Assembly (NCBI GenBank): GCA_965206285.1
Contig: OZ242205.1
Span: 4,564,478-4,628,477, forward strand
DNA length: 64,000 nucleotides
Reading direction: 5' to 3'
DNA from: Vicinamibacterales bacterium
GTDB lineage: Bacteria > Acidobacteriota > Vicinamibacteria > Vicinamibacterales > UBA8438
Of the stretch, positions 18,356 through 27,730 are shown piece after piece (position 1 is the first letter of the stretch; every line of letters begins with the position of its first letter). The notes under the pieces are model-generated. The model made no database searches and was not told the origin of the DNA. It saw nothing but the letters and a program-made list of their open reading frames with translations. A program made the position numbers and the translations under genes.

Positions 18356-18855
18356 GCCTTCAACGCCTCCCGCAAGGTCAGCAGGCCGGTGCGTATGCCG
18401 GTCCTGACCCTCGCGGGCGACTGCTCGAGCCGTTCGGCGATCTGGGCCGCGGTCATGCCTTCGAGAGCCGCGAGCTCGATCGCGGTGCCCTCGATGCCGG
18501 GGAGAGCGGTCAGGGCCGCCCGCAGCCGGGAGACTGCTTCGGCCGGCAGGGGAGGGCGCTCGTCGGCGATGGCGGGCATCGGCAACGCGACGACCGCGGG
18601 TTCGTCCGGGGCGGATGCGGACCGGGCGCGAAGCTGCTCGATGGCGCGGCGGCGGGTCGCGGCCAGGAGCCACGGCGCCGGCGGCTCGCCGTCGCCGCCC
18701 GGCTGTTGCATCCGGGACCAGGCGCGCGAGAAGACCTGCTGCACCACCGTCTCCGCATCCCCGTGGTCCTGGAGGACGCGCAGGGCCAGCCCGTACATCG
18801 CCCGGATGTGCCGGTCGTAGAGCCCTGCCAGGGCGCGCGGGTCCGCGTCGGCCAT
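18352..18855 (-). CDS. ECF-type RNA polymerase sigma-70 family factor
   Basis: 167-aa ORF. A region 2-like segment (LYDRHIRAMYGLALRVLQDHGDAETVVQQVF) and a region 4 HTH (LEGMTAAQIAERLEQSPARVRTGIRTGLLTLR). Confidence 0.85.
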   Translation of the reverse strand: MADADPRALAGLYDRHIRAMYGLALRVLQDHGDAETVVQQVFSRAWSRMQQPGGDGEPPAPWLLAATRRRAIEQLRARSASAPDEPAVVALPMPAIADERPPLPAEAVSRLRAALTALPGIEGTAIELAALEGMTAAQIAERLEQSPARVRTGIRTGLLTLREALKA

Positions 18856-18869
18856 GTACTGATACTACT

Positions 18870-20306
18870 TCACTCGCCGCCGGTGCGCGGGTTCGTTCCG
18901 GCTCGCGCCGCGGGGGCGGCCGGGGACGGCGGGGGGCCCGGCGGATCGGCGCCCGGCCCGCGGGCGTGCAGCCAGTCGTGGACGCGGTCGAGCACCCTGG
19001 CGATCGCCGCCTGCTGGCGTTTCAGGCGGGCGCGCGCGCGGAGCGGGGTCTGCCGGGTGGCGAGAAACGCGCGCACGAGCCGGAGCACCGCGGACTGCCG
19101 CTCGATCGCGGGCAGGCCGGCAAACGCCAGGAAGACCAGCCCGACCCCCGTCGCCGCCCCGATGCCGCTTCCGAACCACAGACCGCTCGCCACGGCGAGG
19201 GCCGCGACCCAGGCTCCGTAGACGACGGCGCCCCCGACGACCTCCCAGGCGGCGCGGCTCTGCGGGTCGGGGGCCCGACCGCTGATCGCCCAGGTGCCGT
19301 AGTACGGGACGGCGAAGCAGACCAGGGCGAGACCCGCCACGGGCGCCGTCACGAGGGCCAGGCTGCCTTCCCGCAGGACGAACCGCAGCACCTGGCTGGC
19401 CGGCATCCGCCGGTCGAGGTCCCGCTCGCGGAGCCCGAGGGCCCGGAGCTGCTCGTCGTGGGCGAGCACGTCGCGCAGGATGGCGTCGTAGAGAACCGGA
19501 TCTTCCCCCCGCAGGCGTTCCATGCCCCGCGCGATCAACCGCCGCCGGCGGACCCGCTCGGCCGGATCCCGCGAGACGCCGCGCGCCGCGGCGTAGAGGC
19601 GATCGATGCGGTCGACGAGTGGCAGATCCGACCGCGGATCCGCCTCGATCATCACCCGGCGGAGCCGTGCGGAGATGCGGTCGGTCAGGATGCGGGTGGC
19701 GTCCCGCGGATCCGCGTGGAAGGCGTCGACGAGATCGGTGGCGTCGAACGGCCGGCCGAACAGGGCCGTGACCCGCGACCGGAACATCGGCAGGCGGTCG
19801 AAGTTGAGCCCGACGGGCACGATCGCGACGGGATGGCCGGCCGCGGTGCCGGCGAGGGCCATGCGGGCGGCGCCGGTCCGCAGCGGCTCGAGACGACCGC
19901 TGACGTGGCTGATGCCCTCGGGGAAGAGGCAGATGGCGTCCCCCGCGGTCAGGGCCCGCCCCACCGCCGCGAACGTCTCCGCGTTGCGGGACGTATCGAC
20001 CCCCGTGTCCATGCGGCGATAGACCGGGATCGCGCCCGACCGGCGGACGAGGGGGCTGAGCACGTGCCGGTGGAACAACGTCGACTTGGCGAGGAAGCGG
20101 ATGGGTCGGGTGGCCGTCCGCTGTATGACCGCGGGGTCGAGGACGGTGTTGGGGTGATTGGCGACGAGGAGGACGGGGCCCTCCGGCAGCGGCGAACCGA
20201 CCCGCTCGATGCGATAGAAGATCGATACCCCGAGCACCACGAGCCGCCAGAGCACCGGGCTGCCAGGATACCGGCGGTCTGGCGGCTTCCGGTCTGGCGC
20301 GGTCAT
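18870..20306 (-). CDS. lysophospholipid/glycerol-3-phosphate acyltransferase family protein (PlsC-like) with C-terminal membrane domain
   Basis: 478-aa ORF. Acyltransferase blocks VANHPNTVLD (NHxxxxD), FLAKSTLF, FPEGISH and IVPVGLNF. The C-terminal half has several hydrophobic helices. Confidence 0.8.
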   Translation of the reverse strand: MTAPDRKPPDRRYPGSPVLWRLVVLGVSIFYRIERVGSPLPEGPVLLVANHPNTVLDPAVIQRTATRPIRFLAKSTLFHRHVLSPLVRRSGAIPVYRRMDTGVDTSRNAETFAAVGRALTAGDAICLFPEGISHVSGRLEPLRTGAARMALAGTAAGHPVAIVPVGLNFDRLPMFRSRVTALFGRPFDATDLVDAFHADPRDATRILTDRISARLRRVMIEADPRSDLPLVDRIDRLYAAARGVSRDPAERVRRRRLIARGMERLRGEDPVLYDAILRDVLAHDEQLRALGLRERDLDRRMPASQVLRFVLREGSLALVTAPVAGLALVCFAVPYYGTWAISGRAPDPQSRAAWEVVGGAVVYGAWVAALAVASGLWFGSGIGAATGVGLVFLAFAGLPAIERQSAVLRLVRAFLATRQTPLRARARLKRQQAAIARVLDRVHDWLHARGPGADPPGPPPSPAAPAARAGTNPRTGGE

Positions 20307-20344
20307 GACGGGCGCATTCTAGCGCTTCCCGCCCTGCGCCGCTT

Positions 20345-21091
20345 CTACGGCCGGGCGGCGGCGAACCGCAGGCGGACGTAGTCGACGACCCACCTCCCGT
20401 CCTGGCGCTGGATGCGCGGGGCCAGCCGCCCCCGCATCTCGGTCAGCAACCCCGCCCGTTCCGGCTCCGGCACCGCGGTGATGAACGGCTGGGCGAACAC
20501 CTCCAGCCAGTGGACCACGTCGCCGGGCAGCGGGGTCGGGCGCGGGAACAACTGGACGGAGTCGACCCGGAAGCCGCGCCGCTCGAGACGGGCGCGGTAC
20601 TGGTCGGCGGTGGGGAAGTACCAGGGGTCCACGGCGGCGCTGTCGACGCCCCGCGCGCGCAGCGCCTCGGCGAAGGACTCCCGAATCGAGGCGACGCAGC
20701 CGGCGCCGCCGCACTCGGCCACGAACCGCCCGCCGGGCTTCAGGGCCTTCCACACGCCGTCGATGGCCGCGTCGGGATCCGGGATCCAGTGGAGGGCGGC
20801 GTTGCTGAAGACGGCGTCGAACTCGGCGTCGAACGGAAGCTCGCGGGCGTCGATGATCCGGGCGTCGAGCCCCCGCTGAAGCGCCGCCCACACCTGCTCG
20901 GGGCTGCTGTCGATGCCCACGACGTGGCAGCCGGCGCTCCGGAACCGTTCGGTGAGGGCGCCGTCCCCGCAGCCGAGGTCCAGGATGCGCTCGCCGGGTT
21001 GGGGGGCCAGCAGGTCCGCGACCGGCGCCCCCAGATCGGAGACGAAGCGAGCGTGCTCGGCGTAGGATTCAGGGTCCCAGTACTGGGTCAT
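20345..21091 (-). CDS. class I SAM-dependent methyltransferase
   Basis: 248-aa ORF. Motif I is ILDLGCGDGALT; post-I/II motifs are VVGIDSS and FSNAALHW. Confidence 0.8.
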   Translation of the reverse strand: MTQYWDPESYAEHARFVSDLGAPVADLLAPQPGERILDLGCGDGALTERFRSAGCHVVGIDSSPEQVWAALQRGLDARIIDARELPFDAEFDAVFSNAALHWIPDPDAAIDGVWKALKPGGRFVAECGGAGCVASIRESFAEALRARGVDSAAVDPWYFPTADQYRARLERRGFRVDSVQLFPRPTPLPGDVVHWLEVFAQPFITAVPEPERAGLLTEMRGRLAPRIQRQDGRWVVDYVRLRFAAARP

Positions 21092-21123
21092 GACGGCGCC
21101 AACCTCGAGAATCGGCCGGTAAG

Positions 21124-21537
21124 CTATGGACCGAGCAGGCGAACCAGATTGGGGCGGTCGACGCGGCGGGCGGCGCGCGCGTCGGCCGTGAGCCAGACCC
21201 CGTCACACAACGCCGCGAGCGCGACATATACGGCGTCGTACCCCGACAGCTTCCACCGCCCGGCGAAATCCGCCGCGAGCGCAAGGAGATCGTGGCCATT
21301 CCCGACGCGCGTCATCCCCAGCGCTTCGACGAGCGCCATCGCCTCCTGCACCTTCGCCGGCCGACTCGCGGGCAGGCGGCACAGAACCGCCAGCAGCTCG
21401 TTCATGAAGAGCTCCGGCACCAGATAGGGCGACGGGTCGCGTTCGATCTCGTCGAGCACCCGCGCCGCCTCGTGGACGAGCGGCTCGCCTGCCACGAACC
21501 ACTTGAGCGCGACCGACGCGTCGACGACGATGGTCAC
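21124..21537 (-). CDS. vapC: PIN-domain toxin (VapC-like)
   Basis: 137-aa ORF. N-terminal IVVDASVALKW and C-terminal YDAVYVALAA..LTADARAARR carry the PIN acidic residues. ATGA overlap with the upstream antitoxin gene. Confidence 0.8.
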   Translation of the reverse strand: MTIVVDASVALKWFVAGEPLVHEAARVLDEIERDPSPYLVPELFMNELLAVLCRLPASRPAKVQEAMALVEALGMTRVGNGHDLLALAADFAGRWKLSGYDAVYVALAALCDGVWLTADARAARRVDRPNLVRLLGP

Positions 21538-21803
21538 GACCGCAGGTCGCGGAGCATGTCGAGAGTGGTCCCCGTGGCGGGCGGATCGAACGAGAGCTGC
21601 TTGAGCCGCGCGACCACCTGCCGCCGCCGATCGTCCGCGTCCCGGTCGACGAACCGCTCACGATAGTCCTTGAGACTCACGAGGGCGGCCGCCGGGGTTC
21701 GCCCTCGGCACACCAGGATCGGCGCGCCGTTGCGCTCGAGCTGGTCGAGCACCTTGCCGAGCGATTGACGAAGCTCCAACGCGTTCACCGTTTCCACGGA
21801 CAT
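21534..21803 (-). CDS. Phd/YefM-type antitoxin
   Basis: 89-aa ORF. ELRQSLGKVLDQLERNGAPILVCRGRTPAAALVSLKDY fits the Phd/YefM N-terminal fold. Coupled to the PIN toxin gene. Confidence 0.7.
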   Translation of the reverse strand: MSVETVNALELRQSLGKVLDQLERNGAPILVCRGRTPAAALVSLKDYRERFVDRDADDRRRQVVARLKQLSFDPPATGTTLDMLRDLRS

Positions 21804-21866
21804 GTCATAACACTTGCACAGTATTGTGTCAAAATCACCTCGCGGTCGCCTTCACGGTGGAGACCA

Positions 21867-22550
21867 CTACCCGTCATCGAGGGCCAGGGCGCCGGTGTAG
21901 ATGGCCATCCCGACGACCGCGTCGATGCCCGCGGCGTCGAGGGCGTCGATCTCGTCTCGCGTGGTGATGCCGCCGGCCGCGGTGACGCGGCGGGTCGTCG
22001 CCGCCGCCACCGCCTGCGCCGCGCCCAGGTCGGTGCCGTTCATCAGCCCCTCCCGGTCCACGTGGGTGTACAGGAACTCGCCGCAGTACGGCTCGAGCCG
22101 GCGCACCGCCTCGACCGCGGTCACCTCGACCGGCTCGGTCCAGCCGCGAATGACGACCCGGCCGGCCTTGCTGTCGACCGCCGCGATGATCCGTTCGACC
22201 CCGACCGCGTCCGCCAGCGCCTGGGCGAACTCGAGGTCCGGCTGGCCGTCCCGGAAGAGGGCCGAGCTGACGATGACCGCCCGCGCGCCGTAGTCGAGCA
22301 CCGCCTCGGCGCGGTCGATCGAGCGGATGCCGCCGCCGACCCGGCAGGGAAGACGTGGCGCGACCCGCCGGACCAGCGCGTCGTTGTCGCCCGACCCCAT
22401 GGCGGCATCGAGGTCGATGAGCTGCACCTTCGGAAACCCGGCGAACCGCGCGACCCACCCGTCGAGGTCGTCGCTCTCGATGGCCAGGCGCTCCCCCTGG
22501 ACGAGCTGCACCACGCGGCCGTTCTTGAGGTCGATGGAGGGGATCAGCAT
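21867..22550 (-). CDS. hisA: ProFAR isomerase
   Basis: 227-aa [34 protein letters not shown] and [12 protein letters not shown] match the HisA (beta/alpha)8 motifs. Confidence 0.85.
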   Translation of the reverse strand: MLIPSIDLKNGRVVQLVQGERLAIESDDLDGWVARFAGFPKVQLIDLDAAMGSGDNDALVRRVAPRLPCRVGGGIRSIDRAEAVLDYGARAVIVSSALFRDGQPDLEFAQALADAVGVERIIAAVDSKAGRVVIRGWTEPVEVTAVEAVRRLEPYCGEFLYTHVDREGLMNGTDLGAAQAVAAATTRRVTAAGGITTRDEIDALDAAGIDAVVGMAIYTGALALDDG

Positions 22551-23353
22551 GGGGTCGCGGGCGCGCGGGCGGGGCCGTCAGCCGCGCCGACGGGCTTCGG
22601 CAGCCGCACCGGGATGCCGTGCGCGTGCAGATGGGCCTTCAGGTCCTCGACGGCGTGCTCGGCATAGTGGAATATCGAGGCGGCGAGGGCGGCGTCGGCC
22701 CGGCCCGCGGTGAAGACCTCGACGAAATGGTCGAACGTGCCGGCGCCGCCGGAGGCGATGACGGGGATGGGCACGGCGGACGACACCGCTGCCGTCAGCC
22801 CGCAGTCGAAGCCCTGCTTCGTGCCGTCCCGGTCGATCGAGGTCAGCAGAATCTCGCCGGCGCCGCGGTCGGCCGCCTCGCGCGCCCATTCCACCGCGTC
22901 CCGCTCGGTGCCCTGCTGGCCGCTGCGGACGTAGATCTTGAAGCGATCGTCCTCGCGCTTGGCGTCGATGGCGACGATGACCGCCTGGCTGCCGTAGCGC
23001 CTCGCCAGGGTCGTGATCAGCTCCGGCTGGGCGAGCGCCGCGGTGTTGATGCCCACCTTGTCGGCCCCGGCCTCGATCGCGGCCTCCGCGTGGTCCTCGC
23101 CGCGGATGCCGCCGCCGACGCACAGCGGCAGGAATATCTCGCGCGCGACGGCCCGGATCGTCTCCGCGAGTGCCTTGCGCCCCTCGATGGTGGCGGTGAC
23201 GTCGAGGATCACGACCTCGTCGATCCCCTCCCGGTTGTAGCGGCCGGCCAGGGTGGCGGGGTCGCCCGCGTTCCGCAGACCCTCGAAGTTGATGCCCTTG
23301 ACGACGGCGCCGTCCCGGACGTCGAGGCAGGCGATGATACGTTTCGACAGCAT
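22544..23353 (-). CDS. hisF: imidazole glycerol phosphate synthase cyclase subunit
   Basis: Met121 of ORF 22544..23713. [41 protein letters not shown] and ASGGAG are canonical HisF blocks. Confidence 0.9.
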   Translation of the reverse strand: MLSKRIIACLDVRDGAVVKGINFEGLRNAGDPATLAGRYNREGIDEVVILDVTATIEGRKALAETIRAVAREIFLPLCVGGGIRGEDHAEAAIEAGADKVGINTAALAQPELITTLARRYGSQAVIVAIDAKREDDRFKIYVRSGQQGTERDAVEWAREAADRGAGEILLTSIDRDGTKQGFDCGLTAAVSSAVPIPVIASGGAGTFDHFVEVFTAGRADAALAASIFHYAEHAVEDLKAHLHAHGIPVRLPKPVGAADGPARAPATPC

Positions 23354-23363
23354 GGCGCGCGTC

Positions 23364-24059
23364 TCAGGAGGGCACCCTGCGCAGGAAGTTGCCGAGGATG
23401 CGGAGGCCGACGTCCGACGATTTCTCGGGGTGGAACTGCACGCCGCCGACCGCGCCGCGCTCGACCGCCGCCGCGAACTCGACGCCGTAGCGGGTCGACC
23501 CCACGCAGCTCTCCGTGACGGGGGCGGCGTAGGAGTGCGTGAAGTAGACCTGGTCGCCCTCGCCGACGCCTTCGAGCAGCCACGAGTCGCGGGCGCGGTG
23601 CAGCGAGTTCCACCCCACGTGGGGCACCTTGAACGCGCCGGCGCCTCCGCGGGTCTCCGCGGGACGGCGGCCGGTTTCCGCGAGATCCCCGCTGGTTTCT
23701 GCGGGACGGTCACCCGCTTCCGCCGCGCTCTCCCCGTCGGTGATCAGGCTGCACGTGCCCGGCAGCAGCTCGAGGCCGAGGTGGCCGGGCGCCTCGGCGC
23801 TACCGTCGAACAGCCACTGCATGCCGACGCAGATGCCGAGCAGGGGCCGCTCGCGCGCGATATGGCGCCGGATGGCGGCGCGCCAGTCGGCGTCGAGGGC
23901 CGACGTCACCTCGAAGTTGCCGACGCCGGGCACGATGATGCCGGTCGCCCCCGCGAGATCCGCCGGCGCCGCCGGGGTCGTCACCGGCGCCCCCAGGTGG
24001 CCCAGCGCCTTGCGCACCGATGTCAGGTTCCCGGCCCCGTAGTCAATCAACGCAATCAT
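23364..24059 (-). CDS. hisH: imidazole glycerol phosphate synthase glutaminase subunit, with a ~35-aa internal low-complexity insertion
   Basis: Met55 of ORF 23364..24221. [26 protein letters not shown] (catalytic Cys), KVPHVGWN and FHPEKS. The insertion [37 protein letters not shown] lies before KVPHVGWN. Confidence 0.85.
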   Translation of the reverse strand: MIALIDYGAGNLTSVRKALGHLGAPVTTPAAPADLAGATGIIVPGVGNFEVTSALDADWRAAIRRHIARERPLLGICVGMQWLFDGSAEAPGHLGLELLPGTCSLITDGESAAEAGDRPAETSGDLAETGRRPAETRGGAGAFKVPHVGWNSLHRARDSWLLEGVGEGDQVYFTHSYAAPVTESCVGSTRYGVEFAAAVERGAVGGVQFHPEKSSDVGLRILGNFLRRVPS

Positions 24060-24077
24060 CGTGCAGCACCCTCGTCG

Positions 24078-24242
24078 CCAGTCCGGAAATCGCCGCCTGC
24101 GGCTCCTCCGCCGCCTTGCGGCGCCGCCCTCCCAACCAACCCGGCTCGGGAGCCGGCGCCTCCCTGCATGAGGCGGCGCCTTCCCTGCACGAGACAGCGC
24201 CTCCCCTGCACGAGGCAGCACCGTCTTCTACGGCGCAGACTC
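24078..24242. repeat. dispersed-family repeat element filling the hisH-hisB spacer; contains a 3 x ~21 nt tandem
   Basis: GTCCGGAAATCGCCGCCTGCGGCTCC..CCCAACCAACCC..three units of GCGCCTYCCCTGCAYGAGRC (24156-24217)..CTACGGCGCAGACTC. It has the same module order as the copy at 29299-29400, in reverse orientation. Confidence 0.75.
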
Positions 24243-24246
24243 GCAG

Positions 24247-24834
24247 CTACAACAACCCCTTGGTGCTCGGCAACTGCTTCGCCATGCGGTCGTCCTTGTC
24301 GCACGCGACCCGCAGCGCCCGCGCGAACGCCTTGAACAGCGCCTCGACCTTGTGGTGGCTCGACCGGCCGTAGAGCACCTTCAGGTGCACGTTGGCCCGC
24401 GCCCCCTGGGCGAACCCCTCGAAGAAGTCGTGCAGCAGCTCGGACTGCAGATCGCCGACGAGCCTGACGCGCAGGCGCAGGTCGACCACCGCGTGGGGGC
24501 GCCCGCTGAGGTCGATGGCCGCGACGGCGAGGGTCTCGTCCATCGGCATGATGAAGTAGCCGGCGCGGTTGATGCCCCGCCGCGACCCGATCGCCTTCGC
24601 GACCGCCTCGCCGAGGGCTATCCCGACATCCTCGACGGTGTGGTGCTGGTCGACGTCGAGGTCCCCGGCGGCGTCGATCTGCAGGTCGAAGGCGCCGTGC
24701 CGCGCCACGAGCTCGAGCATGTGGTCGAGAAAGCGGATCCCGGTGCTGACCGTGTACCGGCCGCGCCCTTCGAGACCCAGCCGGATGGTGATCTGCGTCT
24801 CGGTGGTCCGCCGCTCGATCCGTGCGCGTCTCAT
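24247..24834 (-). CDS. hisB: imidazoleglycerol-phosphate dehydratase
   Basis: 195-aa [33 protein letters not shown] and [19 protein letters not shown] are canonical IGPD motifs. Confidence 0.9.
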   Translation of the reverse strand: MRRARIERRTTETQITIRLGLEGRGRYTVSTGIRFLDHMLELVARHGAFDLQIDAAGDLDVDQHHTVEDVGIALGEAVAKAIGSRRGINRAGYFIMPMDETLAVAAIDLSGRPHAVVDLRLRVRLVGDLQSELLHDFFEGFAQGARANVHLKVLYGRSSHHKVEALFKAFARALRVACDKDDRMAKQLPSTKGLL

Positions 24835-24961
24835 GGCAGCAGCACCCGGCCGCGTCCACCGTCCTCGGCGCTACGGCGGCGGTGGCGCCGTCCCACGTTC
24901 GGCGGCGGCGATGTGGCCGCCATCCGGGCCAGCGGCGCCGTCCCGGGAGTCGCGATGACCT

Positions 24962-26212
24962 TCATCGGTTCCTGGCCCCGGCCGTGCGCACGCGGACCGA
25001 CTCGGCGTGGGCGGTCAGTCCCTCCGCCTCGGCCAGGGTGAGAATCGTCGGGGCGAGGGTCTCCAACCCCGCCTGCGTGATGCGTTGGGTGCTCTGCACG
25101 GACACGAAGTCCGCCGCGCTGAGCCCGCCGCGGAACCGCGCCGCGCCTCCGGTGGGCAGGACGTGGTTCGAGCCGGTCGCATAGTCGCCGGCCGCCTGCG
25201 CCGCGTGCGGGCCGATGAAGACGGTGCCGGCGCGGGTGGTGCGCGCGGCGACCTCCTCGTCGAGGCACACCAGATGCTCGGGCGCGATGTCGTTGGCCAG
25301 ATCGATCGCTTCGTCGAGCGAGCCGGTGATCACGATGACCCCGTTGCGCTCGATGGACGTGCGCGCGGGTCCGTCCGCGGGCAGTTGGGCCTGGACCCGC
25401 CGGGCGATGCGCGCGGCGAACCGGCGGTCGGGGGTCAGCACGATGGCGCGGGCGTCGGGGTCGTGCTCGGCCTGCGCAATCAGGTCGGCGGCGATCCAGC
25501 GCGTCTCGCCCCGCGCGGCGAGGATGACGATCTCGGTCGGGCCGGCGTGGAAGTCGATGGGGCAGTCGGCGGCCACCAGGGACTTGGCGGCGGCGACCCA
25601 GGCGCTTCCCGGCCCGACGATCTTGTCGACCCGGGGGACGGTCGCGGTGCCGTAGGCGAGCGCGGCGACGGCGTGGGCGCCGCCCAGGCGGAACAGGCGG
25701 GTGACGCCGGCGATGGCGGCGGCGGCGAGGGTCGCGGGGTCCGGGCGCGGGCAGACCGCGATGACCTCGGGCACCCCCGCGACGCGGGCGGGGATCGCGG
25801 TCATCAGCAGCGAGGAGGGCAGCGGGTAGCGTCCGGCGGGGACGTAGCAGCCGACCCGCTGGAGGGGGGTCACGCGCTGCTCGATGTCCACCCCCCCGGT
25901 GACCGTGGTCCGCCATCCCCGCGGCAACTGCCGCCGGGCGATGCGGCGGATGTGGTTCGCCGACGTGCGCAGCGCCGCCCGCAGGTCCGCCGGGATGGCC
26001 CGCAGCGCGGCCTTCGGCTCCTCCTGCGGCACCTCGGCCGGGCCGTCCAGGCCGTCGAACCGCCGCGCATAGCGCAGCAGCGCCTCGTCGCCCGAGCGGC
26101 GAACCGCGCTGACGATCCGGGCGACCCGGCGGGTGAGGGCGGGATCGACGTCCTGACGCCGGTCGATCAGGCGCTGGACGTCCGGGCGATCCGACGCGTC
26201 GATGATCCGCAT
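24962..26212 (-). CDS. hisD: histidinol dehydrogenase
   Basis: Last 416 aa of ORF 24962..26962. VGCYVPAGRYPLPSSLLMTAIPA, IVGPGSAWVAAAK, AGPTEIVI, AQAEHDP and GDYATGSNHVLPT. The start codon overlaps the hisG stop by 1 nt (26212). Confidence 0.9.
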   Translation of the reverse strand: MRIIDASDRPDVQRLIDRRQDVDPALTRRVARIVSAVRRSGDEALLRYARRFDGLDGPAEVPQEEPKAALRAIPADLRAALRTSANHIRRIARRQLPRGWRTTVTGGVDIEQRVTPLQRVGCYVPAGRYPLPSSLLMTAIPARVAGVPEVIAVCPRPDPATLAAAAIAGVTRLFRLGGAHAVAALAYGTATVPRVDKIVGPGSAWVAAAKSLVAADCPIDFHAGPTEIVILAARGETRWIAADLIAQAEHDPDARAIVLTPDRRFAARIARRVQAQLPADGPARTSIERNGVIVITGSLDEAIDLANDIAPEHLVCLDEEVAARTTRAGTVFIGPHAAQAAGDYATGSNHVLPTGGAARFRGGLSAADFVSVQSTQRITQAGLETLAPTILTLAEAEGLTAHAESVRVRTAGARNR

Positions 26213-27117
26213 CAGAGGACGATCTTGTTCAGCGGGAACTCCACGATGCCTTCGGCCCGCGCCGCCTTCAGCTTCGGAATCAGATCGCGCGCCGACGATT
26301 CCTCGATGATGGTGGAGACCGCGACCCACGCGTCGTCGCTGAGGGGGGCCACCGTCGGGTCGTGCAGGGCCGGCAGCAACCCGAGCACCCCGTCGAGCTC
26401 GGCGCGCCGGACGTTCAGCATCAGACCCACCCGGCCCTGGGCCTCGATGGCCGCGCGCAGCAGCAGGGCGATGTTCTCGATCTTGGTCCGCTTCCAGTCG
26501 TCCTGGAGGGCCGCGGGGTTCGCGATCAACTGGGGGTTCGATTCGATGACGGTGTCGATGATGCGCAGCCGGTTGGCGCGCAGGGTCGAGCCGGTCTCCG
26601 TCGCCTCGACGATGGCGTCGGCGAGCAGCGGGGGCTTGACCTCCGTCGCCCCCCACGAGAACTCCACCTTCACCGGCACCTTCAGGCGCTCGAAGTACGC
26701 CTCGGTGACCCGCACCAGCTCGGTCGCGATGGTGGCGCCGGCGAGGTCCTGCGGAGTCCGGTACTTCGAGTCCTCGGGCGCCGCCAGCACCCACCGGACC
26801 TTGCGGAAGCTCTGCTTCGAGTAGATCAGATCCGCGATGTCGACGACCTCGTCGCCGGTGGCGGCGTGATGCTCCGCTATCCAGTCCTGGCCGGTCAGCC
26901 CGGCGTCGAGCGCGGCGTCGGCGACGTAGCGCGCCATCTCCTGGGCCCGGATCAGCGTGCACTCGATCTCGGGGTCGTCGATCGCGGGAAAGTAGGAACG
27001 GGAGCTCGTGTAGATGTTGAAGCCCGAGTGCGCGAACAACTGGATCGTCGAGTCCTGCAGCGAGCCCTTCGGGATACCGAGTCGCAATGTCCTGTCAGCC
27101 ATGTTTCGATGCGTCAA
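26212..27117 (-). CDS. hisG: ATP phosphoribosyltransferase, long form
   Basis: 301-aa [22 protein letters not shown].., [13 protein letters not shown] and a C-terminal regulatory domain (GRVGLMLNV...). Confidence 0.85.
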   Translation of the reverse strand: MTHRNMADRTLRLGIPKGSLQDSTIQLFAHSGFNIYTSSRSYFPAIDDPEIECTLIRAQEMARYVADAALDAGLTGQDWIAEHHAATGDEVVDIADLIYSKQSFRKVRWVLAAPEDSKYRTPQDLAGATIATELVRVTEAYFERLKVPVKVEFSWGATEVKPPLLADAIVEATETGSTLRANRLRIIDTVIESNPQLIANPAALQDDWKRTKIENIALLLRAAIEAQGRVGLMLNVRRAELDGVLGLLPALHDPTVAPLSDDAWVAVSTIIEESSARDLIPKLKAARAEGIVEFPLNKIVL

Positions 27118-27123
27118 CCGTGG

Positions 27124-27474
27124 TCAGCGGGGAGAAGGGGTCGCGCTCGGGTCGTCCGCGAGACGATCCAGCGTCCGGTAGAAGCAGGTCCGTTCGCCGG
27201 TGTGGCAGACGTTGCCGTCACCGTTGCGGGTGACCCGCAGCAGCACGGTGTCGTCGTCGCAGTCGACGAGAATCTGCTGCACCGCCAGGGTGTTGCCCGA
27301 CGTCTCTCCCTTCATCCACTGCTTGCCGCGGGTCCGGCTGAAGAACGTGGCGAAGCCCGAGCGGCGGGTCCGGTCCAGCGCCTCCTGGTTCATGAAGCCG
27401 ACCATCAGGACCTCGTTGCTCGAGGCGTCCTGCACGACGGCGGGGATGAGTCCGTCCAGTTTCGAAAAGTCCAT
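27124..27474 (-). CDS. hisI: phosphoribosyl-AMP cyclohydrolase (monofunctional; no HisE domain)
   Basis: 116-aa ORF. GLIPAVVQD, MVGFMNQEAL, FFSRTRGKQWMKGETSGN and DCDDDTVLL..G..CHTG. Confidence 0.85.
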   Translation of the reverse strand: MDFSKLDGLIPAVVQDASSNEVLMVGFMNQEALDRTRRSGFATFFSRTRGKQWMKGETSGNTLAVQQILVDCDDDTVLLRVTRNGDGNVCHTGERTCFYRTLDRLADDPSATPSPR

Positions 27475-27548
27475 GTCGTGTCCTGCCGCGCGCCGGCGTG
27501 CGGCTCCGGGCGCGGATCGTCTGTCCGATGTGTCTGCACGCCAGGCTC

Positions 27549-27581
27549 AAAAAAAAAGCCCCGCCGGGTCGTCGGCGGGGC
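27549..27581 (-). terminator. intrinsic terminator inside the his-operon leader
   Basis: On the minus strand: GCCCCGCCG-ACGACC-CGGCGGGGC (perfect 9-bp GC stem, 6-nt loop) followed by nine T. It lies 75 nt upstream of the hisI ATG. This is the only long T/A run of its kind I found in the window. Confidence 0.8.
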
Positions 27582-27618
27582 GGTCGCATGCGTTGGGGTG
27601 ACGGGCAGTCGCGCTACC

Positions 27619-27690
27619 TCACATGCAGATCCGCAGCCCCGCCCCGTGGGCAGTCGGCTGCGCAGAGTGATGGCCATGTTGCCGCGCCAT
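27619..27690 (-). promoter_or_regulatory. candidate his leader mini-ORF (23 codons, 4 His) containing an antiterminator segment
   Basis: The minus strand ATG GCG CGG CAA CAT GGC CAT CAC TCT GCG CAG CCG ACT GCC CAC GGG GCG GGG CTG CGG ATC TGC ATG TGA translates as MARQHGHHSAQPTAHGAGLRICM. The GGCGGGGC within it (27636-27643) is complementary to the 5-prime terminator arm GCCCCGCC. Confidence 0.35.
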
Positions 27691-27701
27691 AATTGTGGAG
27701 T

Positions 27702-27730
27702 ACCCTATCCCACGCAGTCGGACGTGTCAA
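27702..27730 (-). promoter_or_regulatory. sigma-70-type promoter candidate for the his operon
   Basis: Minus strand TTGACA (27730-27725), a 17-nt spacer, then TAGGGT (27707-27702). The predicted start is a few nt upstream of the mini-ORF ATG, so the transcript would be nearly leaderless. Confidence 0.5.

Noticed and set aside
24962-26962. 666-aa version of hisD with a 250-aa N-terminal extension.
   Set aside because: The extension is an out-of-frame read-through of hisG. HisD sense begins at MRIIDAS (26212), whose start codon overlaps the hisG stop.
27405-27677. 90-aa minus-strand ORF crossing the his leader and running into hisI.
   Set aside because: It runs straight through the terminator stem and T-run, is out of frame with hisI, and has Arg/Pro-rich junk composition.
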